From the human T2T-CHM13v2.0 reference genome, Homo sapiens: a stretch of 64,000 nucleotides of DNA. The notes below the pieces were generated by a model, which saw only the letters and a program-made list of their open reading frames with translations, ran no database searches and was not told where the DNA came from. Shown piece after piece: positions 30,620 through 46,877 of this stretch. Made by a program: the position numbers and the translations under genes. The stretch is taken from the NCBI RefSeq assembly GCF_009914755.1, contig NC_060933.1, one strand, 5' to 3'. Position 1 is the stretch's first letter. Each line of letters begins with the position of its first letter.

Positions 30620-31530
30620 GGCACTTACATAAATGGTATGGTTTAAGCATGACAATAATGAGATAGAAATTCTACTATCATTCCATTTTTACAGGTGAAG
30701 AAATCAAGGTCTACAAAAGAAATCAAATAATATGTTCAAATTCATAAAGGCTTTGATTTTAGAAATTTTAGATTTTTTGTCTTTGTTTAATACCAATTAT
30801 TTTTAAATAATTTGACTCACAAGAAGTTAAAAAATAGTAAAAAGAATGACCGTGTTATTTTCAGCCAACTTTCCCCAATAATTATATCTAACTTAACCCA
30901 GTATGTTGCCAAAATCAGGAAATTGACATTGTTTCCATACCATTAACTTAGGTTCAGACCCTATTCATATTTCTAAGGATTTTACATGTACTCTTGTGTA
31001 GGTGTGTGTGAGTGTATGTGTGATGTGTGTGTATAGATCTATGAAGTGCGGATTTATGTAACCATCACCATAATCTGGATGCAGAACTGCTCTATCACCA
31101 CAAAGAAAGTACATGTTTTCATGTTACCCCTCACTAATCACATCTTCCAACCAACCCTAACCTTTGGCAGCCACTGATCTGTTCTCCAGCACTAGGATTA
31201 TGCTTTGTAAATCAGGTATTTTTGAAGCCAAAGCTCATGAGGTTGCCAAATAAATAATAATATTTTATAAAATGTTATTTTCAGTCTTTATAAATGGCAT
31301 ACTGTAGCACATATTCAAATGTGCTATACATGTATAGGTGGCAAAGTTTGAACACAGATCTAAGTGCACAAACATAAAAAATATTGTACACTTTTATCAC
31401 AATATCCCTATTTGTAATATTTTCCCCCAAAAGCTAGTAGTAGTGATGTTTGCTTTCTCTTATTTAAATTATCCGAATTATAGTCATTACTAATTGAAAG
31501 TATGTTTTAATACTGCCTGATTCCACTTAC
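30620..31530. repeat. Right (probably ancestral) arm of inverted duplication; MIR plus L1M composite
   Basis: Reverse complement of 28505-29432; embedded MIR and L1M pieces extend past this arm's edges. Confidence 0.95.
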
Positions 31531-31775
31531 GTAAGATATCTAAAATAGTTAAACTCCTAGAAATAGAGTAGAATACTGGTTGCCAGGGTCTGGAAGGAGG
31601 GGAAATTGGGGTAGCTGTTCAATGGGTATAAAATTCAGTTATAACAGATGAATAAGTTCTAGAGATCTGCTGTCAACAGAGCACCTATAGTTAACAAGAT
31701 TGTATTGCACAGTTAAAAATTTATTAAGAGGATATATCTCATGTTAAACATACTTACTTCATTAACAGAAAAAAA
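31510..31775 (+). mobile_element. L1MA/MB-type 3'UTR fragment
   Basis: TGATTCCACTTAC..AGTAGAATACTGGTTGCCAGGG..GATGAATAAGTTCTAGAGATCTGCTGT..CTATAGTTAACAA. Confidence 0.85.
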
Positions 31776-32407
31776 TGGAATATTTTACACATAAAATTAC
31801 ATATATGCCTGAATTTCACATTTCGTTTCACAAATTGTACTGGTGCTTAAAAGGTATTTTTGCATTAAAAAACATCTAACTGAAGGAAAAGTTACAAATG
31901 AGTGATCATTCATAAATACAATATAATCCTAGGGACCGCTGTTTTTCCATTTTGAACACCCTCCACAATTAGTCTTAATAATTATGTTGACTGAATGCAA
32001 AATAATGATTTCTCAAGAGGCAATAGAAAATAGAGAATAAGTCCATTCTTGAGAAAATTTATAATTAGTGAAAGTAATTTTTTCATCCTCTTTTCTTATT
32101 TAAATCTCAAGTACTCTCTGCCACTCTGTGCTCTTCTTTCTGGGGTAAAATATGCCAGCTATCCACCGTCAGGGCATTCTCTAACCACTCCTCCTTAGAG
32201 ATGTCTACAGACTTTTACTCAGCTAGACTGTCTTGTTGCCTGTCTTCATATCAACTTCGCAAGACGTGTGGACCATTCTCTTAGGCCCCTGCATGGCAGT
32301 GCATAATGTATTCCAGGCTAATTATCTAATGAGGTTCACTAAATTAATCTTTTATTATACCACATAAAATACTCTTAGATCTAACAGTACAAACATTTCC
32401 AATTATG

Positions 32408-32688
32408 GGCCGGGCGCGGTGGTTCACGCCTGTAATCCCAGCACTTTGGGAGGCCGAGCTGGGCGGATCATGAGGTCAGGAGATCGAGGCCATCCTGGGT
32501 AACATGGTGAAACCCCGTCTCAACCAAACATACAAAAAATTAGCCAGGTGCGGTGGCGGGCGCCTGTAGTCTCAGCTACTCACAAGGCTGAGACAGGAGA
32601 ATGGCGTGAACCCAGGAGGCGGAGCTTGCGGTGCGCCCAGATTGCGCCACTGCACTCCAACCTGGGCGACAGAGGGAAACTCTGTCTC

Positions 32689-32718
<30 letters not shown>
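32408..32718 (+). mobile_element. AluY-like
   Basis: Full dimer, long A tail, TSD core TTCCAATTA. Confidence 0.95.
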
Positions 32719-32719
<1 letters not shown>

Positions 32720-33504
32720 TTCCAATTACATCACTCCTTTGAATTACATCCTAAGACTAATTTAAAGAGGGTATCACAAAAATAGAAATGATAGCGACAG
32801 AAAATGGTCCCAATTTTCACTGCACTGTTGCTAAGACCACCTTGCCACTCATCATTATAGAATGCCTTTCAGGTAACATAATAAGAGCCATTTTTAAAAT
32901 GGAACCTTACTATACCCATGTGTGACAGGCAGAGGGACTCTATTATTATTCATAGTTTACAGATGAAGCAGTTAGATTTGCCCCAGGTCACTGGCTTATT
33001 CAATGACAGGCTAAGACAGAACCAAGTTTTATTCTCAAATAAGACCATAAAGAAGAGGATTGATCCAAATGACTTATAAAATTTTCTTACAGCCCCAGTA
33101 ACAATAATAGATAAGCTAATGATTTCTTTAATAAAAATCTGATATGACAAGTAGAATGTGACAGAATCAACATGATCAATTAATCAGATTTGGGTAGTAG
33201 TTTGGTAGCTAAATGTTGGATACTCTTGGACATAAAGATGACAGTATTTATGACGATAAAGATGACCATTCCACAGTTTGAGAATTTCTACAGAGAGAGA
33301 GATGAAGAAAATTTCTGAAGTAATTGAAACTGTGTGAAGATGAATTATTTGGTTGATGAACTGCTATCATTCTAAATGGACTTCACTTTCTCAAAAAATA
33401 ACGCATAAAGATGAAATATGTATTGAATGAAAATTATATTTTGTTTTTCCATTTTTTACCTAATAAAAAATCAGAAAAACAGATTTTTTTTAAAAAAAGA
33501 AAAG

Positions 33505-33660
33505 ATGACTATAATAGACAATGGAGACTAGTAGAGGCAGTAGGGAGGGCAGCCAGGGTTGAAAAACTACAGGGTACTAAGCTTCGTATCTGCATGATGA
33601 GATCAGTCATACCCGAAACCTCAGCATGGCACAATATACCCGGGTAACAAACCTGCCTAG
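33505..33660 (+). mobile_element. L1 (L1PB/MA-type) 3'UTR fragment
   Basis: ATAATAGACAATGGAGACT..GGGTTGAAAAACTAC..AACCTCAGCATGGCACAATATACCC..TAACAAACCTGC. Confidence 0.75.
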
Positions 33661-34920
33661 ACATTTGTGTAAAATGAGATGATTGCAGGGTAGTTTTAAA
33701 AGTCATTCCCCTTATGAAAATATGGAATGTTGTGCACATTATTTCATAGACTTTGTGCTTAGTTAAAGGTCTTAACCAAAAATTCTAAATGATTTCTCCT
33801 ATTAATAAATAAATATCAATAACATCATTTTAATGGGCTCTATGAAGACCTTATTTTGTGATTGTATCATAATTCAACAAGTGCCCTATTGTTGAACACT
33901 TAGGCTCTTTCTGATTATTTCCCTTTACAAAAAATGCTATATTATAAATTGTTGTATGTATTTTTAAGTTATGAAATTTTTAGGGCAAAAGGTGAATAAA
34001 TGTAAGGTCTTTGATAAATACTGTCAGAATTCTCTCCATAGAGGATACGATAAAGCATCTTTTCATTTGAAGGAGCAAGAATAACTGCTAAATACTTCTG
34101 AGACTTCCAGTACTTTTTTGGTTTTAAGTTTTTTTTGTTGTTTATTTGGTTTTTTGGAGGTTTTCTGTTTTGTTTTATAAGTAGGTTTCAGTATTACTAA
34201 GTATTCAGTCATGGTGGATATTCGAAGAATAATTGCTCTCTTTGGGATTATTCCTCTAACACTATGAGCAAGTATCACTGTGTTCTTTCTCTAAAGGAAA
34301 ATATAAAGCATAGACAAATTAAATGCTGCTCAGATTCTAAAACTATGAAAATATAACAATGGAGAAACAAATAGCAAGTCTGTAGCTACTCAGTGACTTT
34401 AGCATTGAGTGGATCCTAAAATGCCTATTTTGCACAGAATGAAAAAGATACAGCAGGTTCCTTTGGAAGATCAAAGTGAGAAAATTGACTACAGCTTTAA
34501 CAGCCTTAAAATAAATTTTTGGCAGAATGGAAAAGTATGCATAATTGAGAAAAGTACACTAATCTGTAGAATAAAATAGATATAAAAACAGGCTAAACCG
34601 TAATGCTGCTGCCTGTTCTTTTCACAACAATCTTCCACCAGTCCCTGACTGCTGTGTTTAGGGAATCAAAGTTTAGAGCTGAAAAAAATAGGAGGTTGGA
34701 GAGTTTAGGAGGAAGGCAGTGTAGGGCTGTGTAAATTGCAGAGAAGTCGGAGCCAGAAGACTTCAGTGGCATGCGATTGTGGATGGGCTATGAAATCTGG
34801 AAGCCTGCCTTTAAATACCAACTCAGACATTTACTAATCCTATGATCCCAGGCAAATACCATATCCTCTCTTTGGCTCAGTTTCTACATTTTTAAATAGA
34901 GATAAAAATAGTGCCTTACT

Positions 34921-35351
<431 letters not shown>

Positions 35352-35831
35352 TTATTTTCCCAGTGCCTGACTCATATTATTTATTAAATATTAGCCATTC
35401 TTTTATTATATAACTAGATTGGAACTGGGCAGGTCACCTTACCTTGTGTCTCAATTTCTTCAACTGTAAAATGAAGTAGTTAGACAATGTGAGCATGTGA
35501 TATCACAACTAGATGTGAAAGTCTATGGTCCTATCACAACAGCAACAACAACAAACTCACTGGATGCTATCATGCTACCATTAGAGTAGGTTTGGAAATG
35601 ATCCGAAGCCAGCAAAGTGAATATGAAAATAAAGAATTCAAAGCACAGTAGGGGAGAAAAGGAGAGAGGGGAAATAAGAAAAGTCACTTTTACAGATAGA
35701 TTTTTTACATCTACATTTATCATCTGATACTATAATTATATCAAATATGTGATTGATTGCATAGGCAATAAAGTTACTATAAAACAGTCATTTGTGCATT
35801 GCAAGATGAGTGGTTTTTTCCAACTTCCTTT

Positions 35832-36316
35832 TGTAAACCAATAAGTGAATGAGGCAGATCTCAAGTGATTTAGAGATTTTGCTTTGCAAGGTGGAGGATA
35901 CACCTGGGAAAAAGGATCACAAGTCACAAGTAGGTGATGTCCTGTGCTTTTTCTAAAGAGGGTTTTGGGAACTTCAATATTTAAAGGAGAAAGAGGAAGC
36001 AGGCAGGAAATTAAAACAGGGGAGGAAAAGAAGGAGAGAGGGAAGGCAAGAAAGCTAATGGCTACATTCTTGTGAGGCTCTGATTAGTGCTCAGTGAATC
36101 TATATGTTACATGTGGCAAAAACAGGAGGAAGGAGTCAGTTGTGCATTCATCCTCTCTCTCAGGAAATCTACATTTTACATAAGTTAAAGTAAGCATATG
36201 AAATTACAGCTGTTTGGGAACAAAAGGATGGCAGTTTTTGCATGACTCAGGTTCCAAGCTTAATTTTCCTTTGTCATAGTGAGTTTGGGGTCCTGAGATT
36301 TTATTTTTCTTTCACA
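35832..36316 (-). mobile_element. ERV1 MER4-group solo LTR
   Basis: TG..CA ends, 4-bp TSD CTTT; minus strand starts TGTGAAAGAAAAATAAAATCTCAGGACCCCAAACTCACTATG. Confidence 0.82.
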
Positions 36317-36728
36317 CTTTCTACCAATATAAAGCTTCCTCATAGATGCCTTCTTTTTTCAAACATTAACAACCCTCATGGTTTTCTCTCATTTTAAGTA
36401 CAGAAAACATAATACTGTACAATAATTTTATCTGTCTTAAATACAAGACTGCTTATGATTCACTTAAAATAAAAAAAATGGCTCCACATTTCTGGCTTTT
36501 AGTTGGATTATGATTTCAACCAAAAATCAGAGCTTTTTAACCTTGAGTTTGAGTTTCACACACCCAGTAAAGTGGAAATATAGACTTTTTCTTAGGACAG
36601 TGTTATGACACTCAAAAGAATCGTGGCCAAACTTAATTACCTGTTGCAAACATCACTGCAGTTTTTTACTGAACTATCAGAGACTTTCTTGTGCTTATCA
36701 CAGTGTATATGCTAAATGCATATTACAG

Positions 36729-37050
36729 GGCCAGGCACGGTGGCCCATGCCTATAATCCCAATGCTTAGACAGGCCAAAGCAGGAGCATTGCTTGAGGCC
36801 AAGATTTTGACACCTGCCTGGGCAACATAGCACAACCCCATCTCTAATTTTTTTTTTTTAATTAGCCAAGCATGGTGGTAGGTGCCTGTAGACCAAGATA
36901 CTTGGGAGGCTGAGATGGGAGGATCAATTGAGCCCAGGAGTAAGGTTACAGTGAACTATGATCACACCCCTGCACTTCAGCCTGGGTGACAGAGTGAGAC
37001 CCTGATTCTAAAAATAAAAAATAAATTAAAAATACATAAATACATAAATA
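36729..37050 (+). mobile_element. AluJ-like
   Basis: Diverged dimer (GCAACATAGCACAACCCCATCTCT, GAGGATCAATTGAGCCCAGGAG), AAAT-type tail. Confidence 0.9.
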
Positions 37051-39171
37051 AGTATTATGGAATCAACAAATAAATAAATTGAAAAAAGGATTGCATAAAA
37101 TTACTTAGTAATGAGGCCTTTGTTGTCTATCCTTATATAAAATAAATCCCCAGGCCCCCACATCCCCCTTACTGTTCTTATTTTTCTCCATACCATTCAT
37201 AGTCATGTTATACTACATATGTATTTGTTGATGGTCTTTCTCTTACTGGTAGAATGTAAGCTCCATGATAGAAGAGACGTTGTTGATGTTTTCCTTTGTA
37301 TTTTTTTCACTGCTTAATTCCCAGTGCACACAGTAAGCACACAATAAATATTTACTGTATGGATATTTAAGCAAGTCACTTCCCTCAATTTCTTCAAATT
37401 ATTTATGTCACTTTGAAGGTAAAATCTCTCTTCTATACATCATTTTTCCTTCAATCTCCACTTTTAATATCTGTCACTGGCAAACGTAATAAGTATACTC
37501 ATTGTTCAGGTCAATAATGAGAAATTTTAAGCACTTTATTAAATATTTATTGAGTGTTCCTCTATAATGGACACTCTACTATACATTTCTGCCTTATTTG
37601 TGGAATGTATTCAATGTAATTATGCCACACAGGTAGACTTCCAGATCCTTGTGTCAAACTTACTTTCCTTGGCTTTGTTGGAGAACACATACTGTTATGA
37701 AGCTCACTTTAAGGCAAATATTTCCTGAAAATACAAAACTGATAGATATATGTATGTAGGTTTCCTTCTTATATGTCTTTTACAAGCAATGAAGTTGTAT
37801 ATCTCCTTTAGTGTTTAATGTGTTTCATCAGATAATACCCTAGAAGTTTTATCAAATTTTTCTGTCCATCTTTTGAAGGTGTATGAGTGAAAAAATGCAG
37901 TCTGCTGCTTCACTAATAAAACTAGGACAAACGCCATTCCAACTGAAATATGTGAAACACTTGGTTTTATTAATTTGAAGCATTTTAAACCTCTAAATTT
38001 GGACTCGAGTAAAGACATTTCATAGAAAAACTGAAATATTTTTTGTTTATTTTTTAATCTTGATAACTTGTAATAGTTTACAGCCACAGTGGCAGCTTTT
38101 ATATGTGTACATGCATTTAAATACAGTTTCATAAATAGCCATGTGGCAAAATATCTGCCTCCAGGCAAAAAAAAAATATTTGCCACTAAATGAACATCTT
38201 TAAGTAATATTGAAAATAGATGTGAGGTAATTTTTTATCTAAAGTGACTGTAGCCTATATTAAGACATGCTCACTGTAACAATTCAAGTTTTAAAATCCT
38301 TGTTTTATAACTCAAAAATGTGTCTTTTCCAAAAAACACATCTTTACATTTATTGCTATTGTACATTCATTTGGCAGGAAACAGGGATGTTTGATGTCTT
38401 GCAATGATAAAACAATCATATTCAATAGAAAATTATCTCACATTCTGCATGACTTTTGAACATTCTATAAGATAATTACATAAGTGAAAAACCAATTTGT
38501 AGATATCTGAGTGAGTACAACCATTTAATAAATGTGAATAAAGCATTTCAGAACATTTTAATGTACACTGCATTTTCTGATAGTAAGATTTTAGGTTAAA
38601 ATAAGATTATACTTTAAAAAGCTTACCATTATGAAAAAAAATTATATCACTGTTGGCAATGCCTTTTTCATATTTGAGATGCTAGTCCAACATATTGCAT
38701 ATCCATTTGTTTTTGTTTGATTTTATTGTTATTACATTCATGGTAATACTAAAATACACACACACACAATTACTTAGGTTTTTTTTCCGATAAAAAGCCC
38801 AAAGAAAAATGCTGACAACGTTCAGCTGAAATTTTGAAATTGGGTTTTATAATTCTGCCCACATAGCAAAAGCTGAAATGGTCTATGAAGATGTAGTTTT
38901 TGAAAGAATGAAGCAAGTAGTAAAACCAACAAAACCAAGTGAAAATTATACAAGGAAACACAATAATAAGTTAACAAAAAAATACACTTTTTCTTCATGT
39001 TGACAAGACATGATTTATTCCTTTCTAATATTTTCCCATCTCTTATAAATATATAAGCTTGCTTGTTAATACTTTGTCTAACTCTAATTTTTATTCTGTT
39101 ACCAATGTCATTCATACTTTATTTTTCTTTATTTCTCTTGTAAAGTGACTTCTGAACTTCCTAGTTTGTTT

Positions 39172-39482
39172 AAACTATCGCAAGGTCAGAAAACCAAACA
39201 CTGCATATTCTCACTCATAGGTGGAAATTAAACAATGAGAATACTTGGACACAGGCAGGGGAACATCACACACTGGGGCCTGTCATGGGGTGGGGGGCTG
39301 GGGGAGGGAGAGCATTAGGAGAAATACCTAATGTAAATAACAAGTTAATGGGTGCAGCAAACCAACACAGCACATGTATACAGATGTAACAAACCTGCAC
39401 GTTGTGCACATGTACCCTAGAACTTAAAGTATAATAAAAATAAATAAATACATAAATAAAATAAAATGAATAAAAAATAAAT
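39172..39482 (+). mobile_element. L1PA 3' end fragment
   Basis: AAACTATCGCAAGG..CCCTAGAACTTAAAGTATAATAAAAA, AAAT tail. Confidence 0.93.
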
Positions 39483-39624
39483 ACAAACATATTAATCATA
39501 AGTAAATGAAACATCTGATAATCTCATTATGTCTGGTAGTAATGTCACCTCTGAGTATTTAAATATTCATCTACATATTTCTTTGCTAAATTTCCTTTTA
39601 TTTCTCCTTTATATTAAACTTTTT

Positions 39625-40533
39625 TTTAGAGAGCACAACTCCAAAGCATCTTTTATTAATATAGAAAGGTCATATTTAGCAAAAGACACAAGGCAAGGAA
39701 GTGTCAGGCCTGAGGTCTGAGCTGTGCTGAGGGAGAAAGAGGCTCTGGACAAGTGCTGGGAAGGGCTGAGTGGTGGGGGCCACAGAAAGTTCCAGTGGGC
39801 AACACTGTCTGCAGGTCATGGGTGGGACTCACGGGGACCTCGCTGCTAACTCTTGTTGCGTTGGCGGGGTGGGGTGGGGAGGGGGGTCCTTAGTGCTGCC
39901 ACCTGCAGTGAGAACCGCCCCTTGGTTCCTGGAGGGCACCCATCAAGGGACACAGGACAGGAAGCCCAGGATGGTTAGTGCAACTAGGGATGAAGGCCAG
40001 GGAGAAGCAGGTGCTCTGAAGTCCAGACACAGAGGCCTAGGAGCTTCCTGTTAAGTGTGGGCGTTCCGCTCTGTCTCTACCAGGCACTCTGACTAGGGAT
40101 GGATGATACCTCTCTTCAGGCGCTCCGCGGCGCTCTTGCTGCCAGCATAGGTGGGCCGGATCCCTTTGCCCATCTCCCCTGTGACCAACAGCAGTTCCGT
40201 GTAGGTGCTCTGGGAGCCCTGGGCACCAGGTGGTTTCATGGCCTGCATACAACCGACGGTAGGCGGTCCAAAGTCTTTAAACAGCGGTCTGCAAGGGGCA
40301 GTGGCTCCCGGCCCTGAGCCCGACAGCGACGGGACGCTTCCTGTAGGGACCGGAGTGCCTGGCCCAGGGGTGCTGAAGCCGGGGGTGCTGCTGGGGGCAG
40401 GGGTGGTAGGTTTGTAGGACATCCCCAACTCCTGGGCGCTGGGGAAGCCAGCAGGCTGCTCTTCGGGGGTTGGCTGCGGGACCGCTCAGCAACGATCTGA
40501 TTGGCAAGCGGGCTGCACGCCCCCTGGTAAATC
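39625..40533 (-). pseudogene. Processed CDK2AP2 (DOC-1R) pseudogene, CDK2AP2P family
   Basis: ORF 40422-40093 [38 protein letters not shown] matches CDK2AP2, with a frameshifting deletion near the C-terminus; intronless; AATAAA at 39652-39657; short A tail; TSD TATATTAAACTTTTT (39610-39624 / 40534-40548). Confidence 0.96.
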
Positions 40534-40594
40534 TATATTAAACTTTTTAACTGCAATTTGTATTAATCTAAATACAGTTCAAATATTCTCCATG

Positions 40595-40800
40595 AAAATT
40601 TCACATTTGAGTTGAGACATCCTAAAATGTAAAATACACAATGGATTTCAAAGATTTCATATGAAAAAAGAATGCAAACTATCTCTAATAATTTTTATAT
40701 TGATTATATATTGACCCAATATTTTGGATATATATTGGGTTAAATAAAATATACAATTTAAAAAAATTATGCTACATTTTTGTTAAAAAATTTAAATAAA
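40595..40800. mobile_element. MER33-like hAT-Charlie fragment
   Basis: TGTAAAATACACAATGGATTTCAAAGA..AATAATTTTTATATTGATTA..ATATTGGGTTAAATAAAATATA. Confidence 0.7.
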
Positions 40801-41060
40801 CTATATATGAAATTATTTCTTGGGATAGAAAAGGGGACATGATTAAATATTTACTTAAACTTTTTTCAAAAACATATCTTTAAAACAGATTTTCAAACAC
40901 AACAAAAGTATTTTAATTTTGAATAGGTAAAATAAACTTATTCCTGCTGAAATTCAATCATGGCATGATTTCCTTTGTATGCATTTGAGGACTCTGTTTA
41001 TAACCCAGATAAAAACATAAAACTTTTGAAACTCTTCTAAGAATGTCTAACACAAATTAC

Positions 41061-41900
41061 CTGTATAGATATCATGGCACAGACGATGCTGAGGCCGGAC
41101 TGACTGAAGAAGAACAGGCTGAAGATGCTGTACTCACACAGCAGCTGGCCCCCAGGTTACCCGCCCTTCATGTACATGGCGATGGTCACCTGGCTCACCA
41201 GCAAAGTGAACAACAGGTCGGTGGCAGCCAGCCGCATAACTGTGTAGAAGGTGGTCTCCTTCTGCTCCTTGCGCGACTTGCACAGCACCACGATGGCCAC
41301 CAGGTTGCCCACCACCCCGAAAATGGACGGTCCCAAGCTGTCCAGCAGATTGGGCTCCAGGCCAAGGACACATTGGCCTGGGAAGGGGTTAACATGACAG
41401 TGGCTGGTGGTACGCAGCCCTGGAGTGCGAAGCTGAGTCTGGAGATGGCAGAAGAGAGACAAAGCCACCATGAGTGAAATGACCACCTGCAGGGCATTAG
41501 ACCCACGCCCAGGAAACGGGATGCTAACATGACAAGGGAGGAACTCAATCCCACTCTCTGGATTGCAACCACTTACCAACGGCAGCCACCCAAATCTCCA
41601 GGCTCCCTCTGCTCCTGCCAGCAGCACACCCTTGCTGATCTTAATATTTATAAACTGAGCCTCCCATTCCTCTTCCTCCCCCCAGCCTATCTCACTCCAC
41701 TGACAAGACCCATCTCCAGGGAAAGGTAGCTCCCTAGTATTATTCCCGACAGATTCTGAGTTAATAAAATGCACATTGAAACCCTGGAAGACAATTTGGA
41801 AAGTGCTCTCTTTCCTCCTTGGCTCCCTTGGCAGCGCCCCATCTCCGCGCCCTTTGCCCGATGGCCCACATCCCATGTCACGTGTAGCGGCCCCAGTGGT
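41061..41900 (-). pseudogene. Unprocessed PTGER4 (EP4 receptor) fragment: 3' part of intron 1 plus 5' part of exon 2, PTGER4P family
   Basis: IFGVVGNLVAIVVLCKSRKEQKETTFYT..ATDLL matches EP4 TM1-TM2; ATG at 41395 is followed by a frameshift; premature TAA at 41157-41159; splice acceptor CTCTTCTGCCATCTCCAG|ACTCAG 43 nt upstream of the ATG. Confidence 0.92.
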
Positions 41901-41914
41901 GGGGCCTAAGACAA

Positions 41915-45872
<3,958 letters not shown>

Positions 45873-46132
45873 CCCCTGACCCTGACCCCTGACCCTGACC
45901 CCTAACCACTGACCCTGACCCCTAACCCCTGACACAAACCCTAACCACTATCCCTAACCCCAACCCTCACCCTAACCCAACCCTAACCCCTAATCCCTAA
46001 CCCCTAACATCTCTTAAACCCTAACTCTAAACGTTGACTCCTAACCCCTAACTCTGACCCCAATCCCTATCTCCAACCTCTAACCCTAAACTTAACCCCT
46101 AACCCCTAACCCTAACACCAAGCTTAACCCTA
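45873..46132 (-). repeat. Interstitial degenerate telomeric array (CCCTAA/CCCTGA/CCCCAA/CCCTCA)
   Basis: ~260 bp of 6-7 nt units; TTAGGG-type strand is the minus strand. Confidence 0.97.
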
Positions 46133-46877
46133 GGTTCATTACTAAGTTTGTATTGACTATGTCAATGTTGATTATTATGATGGCTGTCTTTGGACTGCAC
46201 GGCAGCGAGGGGATTGCGGATCTTATATTAATATTTTTGTATTGAGGCAGCGCATTAGCATTACAGGTGCTTGTTACATGAGCAATGGGGGTGTCATATT
46301 TTGGGTGTCATGTCTGCATTAGGAATGCCGCATTTGTCTTCCGAGGCTGCGGTGTGGATCTCGCACTGCGGCCGCCTCGCCTTGGCTGGGGAGAACCTCG
46401 GTGGGCAGGATTCAGAGGGGCTTTTGGTTTCCCGTTTTCCACACTGAACCCTTCTAACTGGTCTCTGACCCTGATTATTCAGGGCTGCAAACAGGAAGGA
46501 TTTTATTCACCGTTGATGCGGCCCCGAGTTGTCCCAAAGCGAGGCAGTGCCCCCAAGGTCTGTGCTGAGGAGAACGCTGCTCTGCCTTCGCGGTGTCCCC
46601 CGGGTGTGTGCTGAGCAGAACGCAGCTCCGCCCTCGCGGTACCCCCGGCCCGCCCGCCCGGGTCTGTGCTGAGGCGAACACTGCTCCGCCTTCGCTGTAT
46701 CTCCGAAGTCTGTGCAGAGGAGAACTCAGCTCCGCCCTCGCGATGCTCTCCCGGTCTGTGCTGAGGAGAAGGCAGCTCCGCCCTAGCAAAGGCAGAGCGC
46801 CCTTCGCAAAGGCAGAGAGGCGCAGAGCGCCGGCGCAGGCGCGGAGGGGGCGCAGGCGCAGAGGGGGCGCAGAGCAG
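46133..46877. repeat. TAR1 subtelomeric repeat with CpG-rich minisatellite units
   Basis: GCATTAGCATTACAGGTGCTTGTTACATGAGCAATGGGGG..; five GTCTGTGCTGAGGAGAAC..CTCCGCC units (46557-46790); GGCGCAGAG/GGCGCAGGCGC 29-mer remnants (46811-46875). Confidence 0.93.

Noticed and set aside
41157-41876. 239 aa ORF as a novel GPCR
   Set aside because: No ATG at its start; N-terminal ~180 aa come mostly from intron sequence; only TM1-TM2 of EP4 precede a stop
46557-46790. Regularly spaced direct repeats resembling a CRISPR array
   Set aside because: TAR1 minisatellite in a primate genome; spacers are related to each other and there are no cas genes
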